A DNA stretch of 63,991 nucleotides, the filler included, from Octopus bimaculoides (taxonomy: Eukaryota), in the NCBI RefSeq assembly GCF_001194135.2. It is 6 parts of 6 records of this genome, joined end to end, with 100 filler letters (N's around TTAATTAATTAA, not from the genome) between each part and the next. Parts side by side here need not be neighbours in the genome. Positions count along the whole stretch, not along the records: positions 1 to 11,588 come from NC_068988.1; positions 11,689 to 22,396 come from NC_068981.1; 4 more parts are not named here. One strand, 5' to 3'. Under the pieces are notes generated by a model. That model ran no database searches. It saw only the letters and a program-made list of their open reading frames with translations, and was not told where the DNA came from. Each line of letters opens with the position of its first letter. The first letter of the stretch is position 1. Made by a program: the position numbers and the translations under genes. Of the stretch, positions 1 through 13,192 are shown one piece after another.

Positions 1-20
1 ATATATAACGAATATATATA

Positions 21-290
21 TAATAATAATGTTTGTCCCTCTTTGTCGACGATGACTAGAACAATACATGATAGCAGACGATGAGTCACGGTGCCTCAGT
101 CTGTGACTGTTGAGCCCGATGCGTTCTCGGAATTTTCTGCTGTATGTCGGACGCTGGTTCTCGTCTGGGAATGCAGGCAAGAAGTTGGCTCTGGATTTTC
201 GCTGCAATGTCAGGCAGGGGAGTCCCGTTCTTGCATTTCCCAGGTTTCGGGGTTGAACTGAAAGCATTTTGGTTAGGCTTTGTGTGTATC
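21..290 (-). mobile_element. RTE-clade LINE, 3' end fragment
   Basis: Minus strand gives PTYSRKFRERIGLNSHRLRH, resembling the RTE C-terminal CPTCxRxFRARIGLxSHLRTH finger. It is followed by GTCATCGTCGACAAAGAGGGACAAAC and an (ATT)n tail. Family assignment is from recalled motifs. Confidence 0.65.
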
Positions 291-525
291 TATGAAGACC
301 TTTTTCTTCCCGCCTTGTGTGTCCTTGCCTTGTGCCATTTCACTGTATGCATATATATTCATCTTTCCATCTATTCATCCATCCATCAATCCGTCCATCA
401 CTTCATCCACACACACATACATACATATATACGTACATCCATCCATAGATACATATATATATATACATGCATGGATAATTTTAAATTTACACACACACAC
501 ACATACACACACACACACACACACA

Positions 526-568
<43 letters not shown>

Positions 569-744
569 TAAATCTAGTGATTAATTAAAAGTGCTTTGTT
601 TCAAGACTATAATCTAAAACAAAATATATCTATAGATTTTAGATAACTCTGCACCTGTTATATCCTGAAGTTGTGATTTTGTTATCATAAGCGACTACGT
701 AACATCTGCAACAATCCCTGGAAACATTGATTTCATTATCTTTA

Positions 745-975
745 TGCGTTAAGGCCCTGAAATTGTTGAACTCGTAGAATGTTAGCAAGACGGACAATAT
801 GCTTGGGGCATCTCTTCCAGTTATGTGTTTCGTGTTCAGATACTGCCGAGGTAGGATTTACATTGTATACTTTCGGATCAATATAACATTTGCCACTGGC
901 GCATAATGGTCGATGTAATCGACTAACGACTTTCCCCCAAATTTTAGGCACTAGTATGAATAGTACAAAGAAAAA
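745..975 (+). mobile_element. Degenerate tRNA-derived SINE, family A
   Basis: Colinear similarity to the better-preserved family A copies at 14678-14893 and 31288-31508. Confidence 0.6.
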
Positions 976-1156
976 TTCCCAATTGCTTAAGTAGATCTGC
1001 ATATATAACGCATTTTTGGCTGTTAGTTCAATTAAAAAGTTCCAACACTGTAACTCTTCAATATATCGAGATATATTTCATGGAATACTGGACTTATTAA
1101 AACATGTATGCATCTTGTCTTCATATTAAAAAAAGGTCGTGTAATGCTATAGACGT

Positions 1157-1462
1157 GGAGGCACATGGCCAAGGGATTAGTGCAGTGGAGTCGCAGTCGA
1201 GGGACCGCGGATTCGAATCTCAAACTGTGCGATGTGCGTGTTTATGAGCGAAACACCTAAGCTCCACGCGGCTCCAGCTGAAGGTGATGGCGAACTTCTG
1301 CTGACTCTTGCACTACAACTTTCTCTCAGTCTTTCCTCTTGCATCTAGCAGCTCACCTGTGACGGACCGGCGTCCAGTCCAGGGGAGAAACCTGTACTCC
1401 AATGAAACTGGGAAATAGGCCCTTATTAGCCAGGCGTGGCTCGAGAAGGAACAAACAGCAAT
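1157..1462 (+). mobile_element. tRNA-derived SINE, family D
   Basis: A/B-box-like head (GGATTCGAATC). The body AACACCTAAGCTCCACG...CAACTTTCTCTCA is shared with 28547-28730. Confidence 0.7.
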
Positions 1463-1486
1463 ACTATAGACACTGCCACCGCCGCC

Positions 1487-1490
1487 TCTA

Positions 1491-1563
<73 letters not shown>
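1487..1563. repeat. (TAC)n microsatellite
   Basis: Direct observation. Confidence 0.95.
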
Positions 1564-1796
1564 GTGTTGCTGCTGCTACTGCATTCAGATTTTTAATAAC
1601 ATATATGACACGCAAATTGTAAACATTTTTCACTATATCATTATCCTTATACTTGCAAACTAGATAGAAAATTAGATGGGATTGTCACAACTGTAAGGCT
1701 TTTCCCAGTAACTTCTTAACAAAAAGTTAGCAGGAATATGCTGTCAGAATTAACAGAGACTCAGGAAGAGGGGGGAAAAGAAGAAGAGAAACAGAA

Positions 1797-1872
<76 letters not shown>
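1797..1872. repeat. (GA)n microsatellite
   Basis: Direct observation. Confidence 0.95.
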
Positions 1873-1875
<3 letters not shown>

Positions 1876-2081
1876 ACGTTTTCGATGAAGAATTTTGAGA
1901 CTTAGGGAGAATAGGTATTATTGAAACAGCAGCAAATACGAGTAACAGTTTGATCAAATAGAGAAGAAAGTATTAAAATTGTTGGTTTTGTTATGAGACT
2001 ATCACAAGAAGGAGATTAAATAAACGGAATAGAAAAATGGAGGAAAATAGATATGCACACTTACATTTATTGGTGCGTATG

Positions 2082-2118
<37 letters not shown>

Positions 2119-2159
2119 GCATTTCCTTCTCTTTCTATGTATGCATGCATCTGCGTATG

Positions 2160-2500
2160 TACAGCAATCGCGGTTCACCTATCGCGGTTCCCCTATTGCA
2201 CACTCAGTACATTACAGATGTTTCTGGCTAATGTATGTAAATTTATATCTCGAGTTTCTGCGGTCGATAGGTATTTATATCTCTTTTAGCTTTTTTAAAT
2301 TATATCTGTTGTAAAGTAAGCATTTTTAGGCCTAAAAATTAATAAATTAATAAATAAAATACTACAGTACTACACTGTATAACACATTAATTAAAATATA
2401 TTAAAAGAAAATACGTAGTGTAATGCAGATGAGTAAACAAAGAATTTCTCATACTGTATGGAAAACGTAACTCGAGAGGCGAGTGTGTGGTGTTTTGCAA
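2160..2500 (+). mobile_element. Probable Tigger/pogo-like MITE fragment
   Basis: Begins TACAGCAATCGCGGTTCACCTATCGCGGTTCCCCTATTGC, the repeated TATCGCGG pattern I recall from Tigger-type terminal repeats. No matching right TIR was seen. Confidence 0.4.
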
Positions 2501-2527
2501 TTATAATAAAATATATATACACGAATT

Positions 2528-2560
<33 letters not shown>

Positions 2561-2845
2561 NNNNNNNNNNNNNNNNNNNNNNNNNNNNNNNNNNNNNNNN
2601 NNNNNNNNNNNNNNNNNNNNNNNNNNNNNNNNNNNNNNNNNNNNNNNNNNNNNNNNNNNNNNNNNNNNNNNNNNNNNNNNNNNNNNNNNNNATATATATT
2701 ATTATTATTATTATTATTGTTATTATTGAGTGAGACAGCATAAAAGTAACACTGGGGCAAATATATGAAGCTTCATATACTCATCACGACTACCCATCTG
2801 ATAAGGGTACAGCAGGCACATGCATCACAACAAAATGTGTGTGAC

Positions 2846-3015
2846 GTTGTTGTTGTTGTTGTTGTTGTCGTTGTTGTTGTTGTTGTAGTTGTTGTTGTCC
2901 TTCTTGTTCTTCTTCTTCTTCTTCTTCTTCTTCTTCTTCTTCTTCTTCTTCTTCTTCTTCTTCTTCTTCTTCTTCTTCTTCTTCTCCTCCTCCTCCTCCT
3001 CCTCGTCATCGACGT
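2846..3015. repeat. Compound trinucleotide array (GTT)n-(CTT)n-(CCT)n-(CGT)n
   Basis: Direct observation. It produces the spurious poly-V/L/F/R/K ORFs in the track. Confidence 0.95.
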
Positions 3016-3346
3016 CGACATACGAAGAAGACGTGTTTAATTCTAGCCAAGCAATGAAACAATATATTGCAAGACATCCACCGACATTTTCACTAAAACT
3101 TGTGAATCTGCAACAATTCCTGATATATTTGATTAGGTTCATCTTACGGTCTGTTCACTTCATTCACTGATATTTGTTCGCATATTGCCAATATTCATCG
3201 TGAATAGGAGACATTTTACAGGATTACAATTACCAATTTATTTAACTTTATGACGCTTCTAGTTACTGAACATTTTCATGTCAATTTATTAACCTTTTCA
3301 CACTTGGGTTGCAATCGGGCAGCTTTTACTCTAGAAACACTACACA

Positions 3347-3419
<73 letters not shown>

Positions 3420-5949
3420 GTGTGTGTGTGTATAATACTCGAGATTCCGTTTCATAACAGACCAATAACGATTGCTGGAAATTGGTTTGTGAAAATTCAA
3501 TCTCTTTCACACAACGAATACAGTATCCGTCTCCTCATTAATAATGACAATTGAAAACTAGCTTCCTTCCTGGGTATTGAATTCACTTTTGATGTTATTC
3601 CATCTTTATGGTTTACTGAATTACTTTCCATTGTATAAGGTTTCATTCTGTTTCGAAAGTTACATTGAAATATAAATTTCATCTTACATTTTAATATAAT
3701 CTTCTAATATAATTTCGAAAGGATGTGGTAGAATGAAGCCACTGTTGTAAAGGCATCGCTTTGCATTTAACCAAATTGTTTGGATCTCTTCAACCATTCT
3801 CTAGATCATACGTTGCACGTACGACTGAGAAACACGAAGATGTCTAGCACATCAACGAAGTAAATTAGATGCTTTCGAAAATGTAATAAACAGTGGAGTT
3901 TTTAGTGCCGCCGTTCCATACAATTACTTATATAAATCGACGATGCCAAGTTGATTGAAAACTTACTATAGGAACATCTAAATTCAAATATATTCAACTA
4001 ATCATACTCAGGCTTATAATTCTGGTAATTGTAGCCAATACTGTTTTATCACAAAATCAACAAAGAATATCCTTCAATTTTAGGATATACAGCTAACTGT
4101 CAGAATGCATTTCAGCGGGGAGCTTTGTAACAAGACACTCACAAACGAAAGAAAATATTTTCATCAGTTTGGTTGTTGAGTTGTCTTAATAATTTCTTCA
4201 CAAACAAATAACTATGACCTGTATGCAGATACTTTTCCTCAATTTCGATATGGTGTCAAAGAAAGCAATAGGAATTAGTGTTTCAGCTTTCGATAAATGG
4301 GAGATAGTTTGGTATTAATCGATTCTCAGCGTATGCTTAATCAATACCCCGCCATCTTCATCTGGGTCTGTATACATTCAGTGCAAATTGAAGGATTCAC
4401 TGAATAAATCACAGTTAATACTGGGTGAAATTGTTATGAATATTTTATAGAAATGCGAAAATGTATTGAAGATAAAGTTGGCATTAATAAATAAATTGGG
4501 AAGCATCAATAATCAAATGGACAGAGATATAATTCTCTGGCGTCATGATAACTTAGTTCAGAATCTGTGAGAAACGAGAAGAGACACATGTTATGAAGGA
4601 ATATTTTTATAGGATTCCACTTGGAAAGGAAATGGGGAAATTCCTGTTTCAAAAGATTTAGGAACTTAATTTGTCTTGCTTAATGGATAATGATTGCGGG
4701 TGGCTTATGGGTATTTTAATGCAAATACATCCTTAAACCAATAAATGGAACGTCACGTTCGTACGAGCCAACGATACAGAATCTAGGTGCTGGCTGTCCA
4801 CCTACAAGAAATAGCAGTCACATATCCCTCAAATTATATCTTTCCGCCTTCAGCTATTTGCTTATAACAATATATAAACATCACTATCGTAGGAGTCAAT
4901 TAGGTGCTTCTATGTGATATATTAACTTGTTAAAATAGGAGCCACGTCTTCCACATATCGTAACCTAGTATTTTTCATGGCAAAATGTTAGCAACAATGT
5001 ACTCCCTGATATCCAAATGATGGAATGATCACAGTTCCGCAGCCTTCGGTCGTCAGTCTTCTCAATCTAGGCTTACCTAGTTTCAACAAAAACAACTTTA
5101 GCGCAATGTAGAACATCACTTAAACAGAAACTTAAACCAAGAAAACTTTCGTTTCATGATTTTCAAATATATAATATATTTCTCGAATGACCATAAGTGC
5201 AAGAGCATTTCCGATGTTTTCAAATCACTGCCTATTGTTGACCATAGAGGTGATGAAGCAAAGATAATCAATAGAATCACACATGGATAAACTCCTTCCT
5301 CTTATCCTCCCCTCATTCGTACAAGCCTCTCTCTCTCTCTCTCTCTCTCTCTCTCNNNNNNNNNNNNNNNNNNNNNNNNNNNNNNNNNNNNNNNNNNNNN
5401 NNNNNNNNNNNNNNNNNNNNNNNNNNNNNNNNNNNNNNNNNNNNNNNNATATATATATATATATATATATAAATATGTATAAATCTCGAGGTATAAGAAG
5501 AGGTGAGTATGTATCTCCTTAACCATGTGGCTACCATAGGATTATGGCCTTTTGTTAGTATTCTTCAACTACTTGAACTGTCTTTCATTCAAGGTTACTC
5601 TGATAACCCTGTCGTTTTTGATGTCGATGTCTCATAATACTCATTTATATTGGTGTATTCTTGTGCACCTATATATGTTTGTGCGTCTCTGTGTGTGTGC
5701 TTCTGTATGTGTGTCTGTGTGTGACTGTGTATGTGTATCACCATTGCTTCAGTAAGTTGGCCATTGATATGGTTACTGGATATGTTACTGCGTTATTTGT
5801 CACATGACGTGTAAAAGCGGGTGACATCTTGTTCTGCACATTTTACTCCATTAAGTGGCTGTCAGGTCTCATCCAAATTATAAAAGAAAATGAGGTTCAG
5901 CAACTATATACAACCATATTCGAAGCAAAATTTCATTTATCTGATGTTA

Positions 5950-6160
5950 GGGCGGTTGGACGAACTATTAGGATGGGGGCAAGAATGAAATTTAAAGCCA
6001 AGAAATCTCGAAGTGTGGCATTCGTGAAAGGAGGCTAAAAGGAATTGAAGTTAAGGATAGGAGGCGAAGATATACCAACGGTGAAAGAACAGCCAGTAAA
6101 AAGTCTCGGCAGATGGTACCGGGATTTATTTACTGATACAAAGCAAAGCAAAGAAACACA
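5950..6160 (+). mobile_element. Hero/R2-superfamily LINE reverse transcriptase fragment
   Basis: Frameshifted translation LDELLG..ARMKFKAKKSRSVAFVKGG*KELKLRIGGEDIPTVKEQPVKSLGRWY matches the recalled Hero-type motif WARMxFKPxKSRS...IPTxxEKPVKSLGKW. Confidence 0.65.
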
Positions 6161-6618
6161 CTGAAATGTGTTTTAAGTGCGACTATCTGCTTTTTAATAA
6201 ACATTAGTTTATATAGAACTATATTAGAAAATAAATTCTTCCTTTCTTCAGTAAAGTAGGGCTATTTCTAGCACTCAACAGCTCCCTTCTTGGTTTGATA
6301 TCAGCTACGTTTTAGCTACGGTTTCTTATTGCTTTCATAACATTAAAATAGATTGATATAGTCAACGATTCAAAGCAGAATCTTTCTCAAGTCATAAACA
6401 GAAACTGACAGATTTTGATGTATCTAATCAATAGAGATACATTTATCACACTGAAAAATCTGTCTATATTGTTTATATTCTTTCGTGATATCTTTTATGT
6501 AAGATGGACCAGTATTTCGATAGATATTTTTCAACTCAACCTTAAATTTGAAACATATCCGTGTACAAAACATAACTATAAGCGACAACAGCAGTATTAA
6601 TATGAAAAGGCAATCTTC

Positions 6619-6825
6619 ATATCCAGCTTAACGTGGATGAACTGTTACAATCCCGAATATTTATTTATCCTATGTGGGCCTGTGATATGGACGCATGATG
6701 CATAAAAGCGCACATATTTATATCTTCCAATGATATAATTTTGTGTGCTTTTAAGCACCATGCTCCCATGTCAGCGTAAATAACGTGGATGCATTCTCAC
6801 AATGTATCCATGTTAAGTTGGATAT
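6619..6825. repeat. Imperfect palindromic (foldback/MITE-like) element
   Basis: Termini ATATCCAGCTTAACGTGGAT and the reverse complement ATATCCAACTTAACATGGAT match at 18/20. Inner arms are ATGATGCATAAAAGCGCACA and the reverse complement ATGGTGCTTAAAAGCACACA. Confidence 0.7.
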
Positions 6826-7504
6826 TAATAATGCTTTTTGTTGTCCTTACACGTTATAAATTGTGGATATTCTTGTTTAAAACTTTGCGAACCTGGCGGA
6901 CAGCGCGGGGCCAAGTTCTGAATTTCCTAGTTTCATGCCCATAAATTCGATTACTGGACCACGTAACACGTTTGTGACCATGAAGATAACAGTTTGTACC
7001 AAAATGCTCCAATTTGAAATGTGTAGAAACCTAAAACAATTAACAAATGCATGATACGTGCTACGATGTTCGCCCCGTTTTCGAATGGCAGCCATAGATT
7101 TTAGTGGTACCCTGAATTTGTTAGACGTATGATCGAATGTTTTTCATCATTCAACGTCACATCTCTTTTTTCTTCCTGGACAACTGGACACACGACAATA
7201 TCGCTCAATGTACATTCACAGTTTCTTCAATATAGAGATAGGTGTTTAGTTGACAAGATCGCTTTCCTAGAAACTGGTCTCGGGTTGAACTCCACTGTCT
7301 ATATATGTGTGTGTCTTTGCTTGTTTGTGTATGCTTGTGTGTGTGTCTTTGCTTGTTTGTGTATGCTTGTGTGTGTGTGCTTTTGCGTGTGTGTTTGTGT
7401 TTGTGTGTGTTTGTATGTGTGTGTTTTATGTGCGTGTTTTTGTGTTTGTGTGCGTGCGTGTGTATGTGTGTCTGTGCGTGTATCTGTATATCTGTATTTG
7501 TTCT

Positions 7505-7705
7505 CCTCTAACCGCTTGACAACCGATTCTTTTTTCTTTATGTGCTCGTAACTTAGTGATTCCGCAGAAAAAGATGAATAAAATAAGTACCAGTCTTTAA
7601 AAACAGACAAGTTTGGTGGCCTGTTTATTAAACTGAAACCTTCAAAGCAGTGCCCCAGCATGTCCGCAGTCCGATGACTGAAACAAATAAATGTTAAAAG
7701 AGTGA
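7505..7705 (+). mobile_element. SINE family C, 3' half
   Basis: CCGCTTGACAACCG...CAGCATGTCCGCAGTCCGATGACTGAAACAA matches the tail of the 15355-15738 copy. Confidence 0.7.
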
Positions 7706-9311
7706 GAAGAAATACCGCTAAGAATTTGGTCCGAAGTGCTGAAGATTTCGCCAGATGATCGCATTACTGCCATTTATAGACACAAGTCCTGAAATAGCGG
7801 GAGAAGTTGTCAGTTGTTTTCATCGTCCCCAGTAATCGACGGGTATTTATCTTACCAACCCTGAAATGATCAAAGGGAAAGCTGGCATTGGTAGAATCGG
7901 AATTCAGTGCTCAAAAGTACAAAGAAAATACTGGCAAACATAATCCTACCCGACGATATAGAAAGAACGTTACGCAGAAAATAGCAGAATCAGTGGGAAT
8001 ACCGGATCAAATGTCTTGCAATATTTCGAATTATATCATTTTGATGTTCTGATTTCAAATCTCACAGGGATCAAAACTTGATTTTCGTGTTGCGGTTTGG
8101 GTATCAATAAAATATGTACTCTCAATATTTAATAGTTTGTGTTTGCCCCATTCTTTTCCGCGGAAATTAATGGCTATGAGCCAATATCAGAAATAAACAA
8201 TACTGAGATTGGCAGAAATATAGTATACATTTATTGAATGACAAAGATATTGATTCTCCATTTTTTTTTCTATAGATAAAAACCACTTCAAAACTCTAAC
8301 TAGACTATCACAAGGCGCTCTAGTATTTTATCGACTACGATAGAACACTTTAAGGAACCAACTATACACACAAATACATACACACACACACAATCACATA
8401 GGCACAGACACACACACATATATAAATGCAAGCAAAACATTCACACGCATACATATACATGCGAGCATTAACAACTACGTCTACATATCTGTTTTGTATA
8501 TAATAATCTTGTTTGCTGATCCATCACAGTGACCTAGTGACTCATGGCCTACTCAATAAAAGTGCTAAGAATAGTAAAATTATATGCATGAATGTGTATG
8601 TGGGTCTATAGACACTTACTCAAACATATATTGTCTACATACATATGCACACATGTACACTTATAAATAAAGTTTTTTTTTTCTGAAGATATTCAGTTTA
8701 TACCCGTTGCCCTAGTGTGGAAGCCAGCTAAAAAGCGATGTTCCCCCAGTGGCAGCTACTCTTCCCGCTAACTTAGATGTATGCTACATAGAAATATGTG
8801 AATAATAGTTGAGAAATCGATTGGGGAAGAATTAAGCACTGTCATACAGAGTCAGAAAATACCATCCACTCGCATATATAGACACATAGAAATAAATGAC
8901 CATGAATTGTCTGCGTGATTATCGGTGCTTTTGGAACTTGCCGAGCCGGAGAGAATCGATGAGAAACTCTTAGGCCATAAGCTCCTTGTTCAGTAGCCGT
9001 CGATTTCGAAGCGTACCATGCAATAATCACTGATATTTTGCTGGCAGAGCAATATGAACGAGTACCGTTCACCAGTGGTGTTCTTAAACGTAGTTAATAT
9101 TTCATAGCACATGGTTAAATAAAACCAACACTTTTAATTACTTGACGTATATTTTAGGTTTCAAAGATTGTTTATTTATAAATACACGTACACGCAGACA
9201 CACACACGTATACATACGCACATATGCATATGCACGCACACACCCGCACATATATAGATATGTATATATATAAATGTCTCTCAATATAGGTATAGATACC
9301 TCTCAGTCACC

Positions 9312-9343
<32 letters not shown>

Positions 9344-9352
9344 GCGTGTGTA

Positions 9353-9414
<62 letters not shown>

Positions 9415-9466
9415 CATATATATATATATATATATATAATTAATAGACCAGCAAAGATACCATGAA

Positions 9467-9508
9467 ATCTGATACTCAGAGTTTCACGTTCTCATTCGTC
9501 GGACAGTT
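9467..9508 (-). ncRNA. Degenerate hammerhead-ribozyme-like motif
   Basis: Minus strand reads ACUGU-CCGACGA-AUG(AGAA)CGU-GAAAC-UCUGA-GUA-UCAG. The core deviates from CUGANGA and stem I has a U-U mismatch. Confidence 0.35.
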
Positions 9509-10715
9509 TTGTTTATACAAACAAACACACTTATAGATACATTAGCTATGGAAGCATATACGTACGTATATGAATTTTTTTTTCATACACTACAAGTAAA
9601 ATCTTGAGTAACTAAATGAATCATTTACATAATTATAGATAGAAAAAGCATCGAGGTTCCCCATCAAATATGCTCACAAATCGTGGTCCTCATGCATATT
9701 CGTAACAAGAATTTTAATATCATCTGCGATATCACTAATTGGGAATATAATATGGATTTGCAATTAAGTTCATTAATTCTAAATGAAGTATATATAAATG
9801 TGAATTTCATTCAACTAAACAAAGACATCTTTTTAGAAAAAATATTGATTAGAAATTACTTGCTTTTAGATGTTGAGAGCTTTACTTTGAGGAACTTGCA
9901 TAAAAGAGTATAATACAGAGCGTAATGACATTAAAATAGAAATAGGTGCAAGTATTCCTTGGAGTAAATTGTGCAAGGAGAGATGGGGAAGGAGAATGAA
10001 CGTGAGTTGTGTGAAAGAGGAAGTAAAATAAGGATAAGTAAACTGAGGGCAAGTAAAATACTGATATCGTTTGTCGCAAAAGTAAGAAGATGATCGACGT
10101 GCGAGAGACGTAACTAGATCATCGGTATGCATTCCTGAAGGTCATGCACACTAAACATTCAGTGCTGCTATCAGGTTTGTGTGTGTGCATGGATATATAT
10201 ATATATATATATATANNNNNNNNNNNNNNNNNNNNNNNNNNNNNNNNNNNNNNNNNNNNNNNNNNNNNNNNNNNNNNNNNNNNNNNNNNNNNNNNNNNNN
10301 NNNNNNNNNNNNNNNNNNNNNNNNNNNNNNNNNNNNNNNNNNNNNNNNNNNNNNNNNNNNNNNNNNNNNNNNNNNNNNNNNNNNNNNNNNNNNNNNNNNN
10401 NNNNNNNNNNNNNNNNNNNNNNNNNNNNNNNNNNNNNNNNNNNNNNNNNNNNNNNNNNNNNNNNNNNNNNNNNNNNNNNNNNNNNNNNNNNNNNNNNNNN
10501 NNNNNNNNNNNNNNNNNNNNNNNNNNNNNNNNNNNNNNNNNNNNNNNNNNNNNNNNNNNNNNNNNNNNNNNNNNNNNNNNNNNNNNNNNNNNNNNNNNNN
10601 NNNNNNNNNNNNNNNNNNNNNNNNNNNNNNNNNNNNNNNNNNNNNNNNNNNNNNNNNNNNNNNNNNNNNNNNNNNNNNNNNNNNNNNNNTATATATATAT
10701 ATATATATATATGAA

Positions 10716-11040
10716 GGCGCATGGCTCGGTGGTTAGAGCGTTGAGCTTACGATCGTGCCGTTCCGAGTTCGAATCCCTGACTGGGCTGCGTGCTGTGTTC
10801 TTGAGCAAGTCACTTTATTTCACGTTGCTCCAGTTCACTCAGCTGTAGAAACGAGTTGCGACGTCACAGATGCCAAGCTGTATCAGCCTTTGCCTTTCCG
10901 TTGGATAACGATGGAGAAGGGAGGCCGTCAAGCATGGGCGACTGCTGGTCTTCGTTGAAAACCTTGCCCGGATTTGTGCCTGGGAGGATAACTTTCTAGG
11001 TGCAATCCCAGGGTCAGTCATGACCGAAGGGGGTCTCTCA
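10716..11040 (+). mobile_element. tRNA-derived SINE with family B head/core and an alternative tail
   Basis: B-box GTTCGAATCC. The core TTGAGCAAGTCACTTTATTTCACGTTGCTCCAGTTCACTCAGCTG is shared with 25118-25438, and the sequence downstream is unrelated. Confidence 0.75.
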
Positions 11041-11188
11041 GCACACATACAGACACACACACACACACAAACACACACACGCACACACATACACACACAT
11101 ACATATATATATATAGTGATAATTTAAAAAAAAAACAAAAGACGAAGACGGGTGGGTAAACAAAAAACAACGCTCGGGAAGTGAAAAA

Positions 11189-11227
11189 GTCTTTTACGTT
11201 TCGAGCCTACGCTCTTCGACAGAGAGG
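11189..11227 (-). ncRNA. Minimal type I hammerhead-like motif, PLE-type repeat end
   Basis: Minus strand reads CUCU-CUGUCGA-A-GAGC(GUAG)GCUC-GAAAC-GUA-AAAG. Same family as 25508 and 41213. Confidence 0.5.
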
Positions 11228-11588
11228 AACACAGAAATAAGCAGGGAAAGAAAATAGAGAAGGTTTAGTGCTTCTTAAACACAACAATGATTTTGATCGA
11301 CAACGGAAAAACGGCTGCTTTGAGCTCAAGATTCGTATTCCATTTCTGCATCTAATGGGAATATTCTAATAGTATTACACTTCATACAACCGAAGTCTTT
11401 GTAAGTACTTGCCTCATACAATCATTGTTTCAGAAAAAAATTTAAGTAATATTTAAAAGTAGTAATTTTATTTCCAGCATAACATTTTGGAAACAATGAC
11501 TATATATGCGCATGTGCGTTTTGCGTACAGACGTGCAGATTCATATATATAAATATAAATATATAAAATACTATATATATATATATAT

Positions 11589-11688
11589 NNNNNNNNNNNN
11601 NNNNNNNNNNNNNNNNNNNNNNNNNNNNNNNNTTAATTAATTAANNNNNNNNNNNNNNNNNNNNNNNNNNNNNNNNNNNNNNNNNNNN
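11589..11688. other. Artificial contig spacer N44-TTAATTAATTAA-N44
   Basis: Exactly 100 bp, with stops in all six frames. The identical structure occurs five times. Confidence 0.95.
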
Positions 11689-11951
11689 ATGTTTCCCTCG
11701 GGTGACTCGTAGAGATAACATAACGAGTTATACAATTTAATTATTACATTTATTGTTCAATTACATACAAAGAACGCACTCACCCAATGTTCGTTATGAA
11801 TAAACAAAAGTCATGTCCGCCATATATATATCAATGACATTTTACTACGACAGTCCCACAAGACAACAACAATGAAACAATGAACTCAGACGAACCACAT
11901 GACACACGGAACGTCAGACGAATTACATATCTAACAGTCCATATAACAAGT

Positions 11952-12943
11952 TCCAGAGAATCGATACATTTTCTCCCTCAATCACAGCTTCAGGATGGTG
12001 TTTATACCATTTGTCAGCAGTTTTGATTTTGTAATGCCGACATATTAGCCAGTGTAAATACTGGCCGACTCTGTCATGTCTTGCTTTATATTCTAAAGGT
12101 GCTAAGACTCTATACCCTGAGATTCGGTGGTCTATAATTTCAATTTCATCGTTACAGAATCAGCATTTTGGGTCAGCTCCATTTTTTATCACATTGGCTT
12201 GGTAGTTCTGGGTTAATAAGCTTTGGTCTTGAGCAGTTAATATGAAACCTTCACTCTCTGCTTTTAGTCCTGAGCTTCTTAACCATTGATGCGTGCATTT
12301 CTGGTCGACATCAGCTTGTTTGCTACGAGCCACATACTTGCCATGCAGAGGTTTCTGTTCCCATCTGCTAGCTAATTTTTCATGTGCTTTTGTCTTTGCA
12401 ATTAATTTTATTTTCTTTGCAGCAGCATTTGGAGCATTTCCTTCAACCTGATCAATCTGGTAGGTATCTAAGAGGTCAGTAGCGAATTTTTTGCTCTTTC
12501 AGAATAGAGTGAAGTTTTTTCGGTCTGTCAAGTTTTTCAACAAATTTCAGCATCCAAACGTTGATTGTTTCAAGGTATTTGGCCAGTCCGATTGTGGTGG
12601 TTTTGTACGTAAGTTCAAGCTGGATCAAGCCACGACCTCCCTGAGTATCATTTTCAAATAGATTTCAGTACCTTTTTTTTATCATTCCTAGAGATCCTAC
12701 AATAACTGGTATGGTAGTCGCCTTGAGGTGCCACATTTTTTCAATTTCTATTAGCAAGTCTTTATATTTACTGATCTTGTCAAATTCTTTCGCCGCTATA
12801 TTATGATCACAGGGAATACTCATGTCAATTAATAAACACGTCTTCTTTGTCTGATCTTTTATGATAATATCCGGTTTATTAGCTTTTATAGTTTTGTCGG
12901 TATGTACGGGGAAGTCCCAGAGAATCGATACATTTTCTCCCTC
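11952..12943 (-). mobile_element. R4/Dong-like (RLE-type) LINE 3' region, rearranged
   Basis: 12943-12646 encodes EGENVSILWDFPVHTDKTIKANKPDIIIKD...IDMSIP...KISKYKDLLIEIEKMW (restriction-like endonuclease). 12645-11952 encodes GGRGLIQLE...HQWLRSSGLKAESEGFILTAQDQ...C*FCNDEIEIIDH...RHDRVGQYLHW...EGENVSILW (thumb plus CCHC). Stops and frameshifts are present. Confidence 0.85.
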
Positions 12944-13192
12944 NNNNNNNNNNNNNNNNNNNNNNNNNNNNNNNNNNNNNNNNNNNNNNNNNNNNNNNNN
13001 NNNNNNNNNNNNNNNNNNNNNNNNNNNNNNNNNNNNNNNNNNNNNNNNNNNNNNNNNNNNNNNNNNNNNNNNNNNNNNNNNNNNNNNNNNNNNNNNNNNN
13101 NNNNNNNNNNNNNNNNNNNNNNNNNNNNNNNNNNNNNNNNNNNNNNNNNNNNNNNNNNNNNNNNNNNNNNNNNNNNNNNNNNNNNNNNNNNN

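Noticed and set aside
3500-4400. Possible hAT or other transposase remnant
   Set aside because: Only vague resemblance in short translations. No catalytic or dimerisation motif could be confirmed.
6850-7300. Non-repetitive GC-richer block with ORFs 6877-7095 and 7129-7551
   Set aside because: No recognisable family in any frame and no convincing splice pair.
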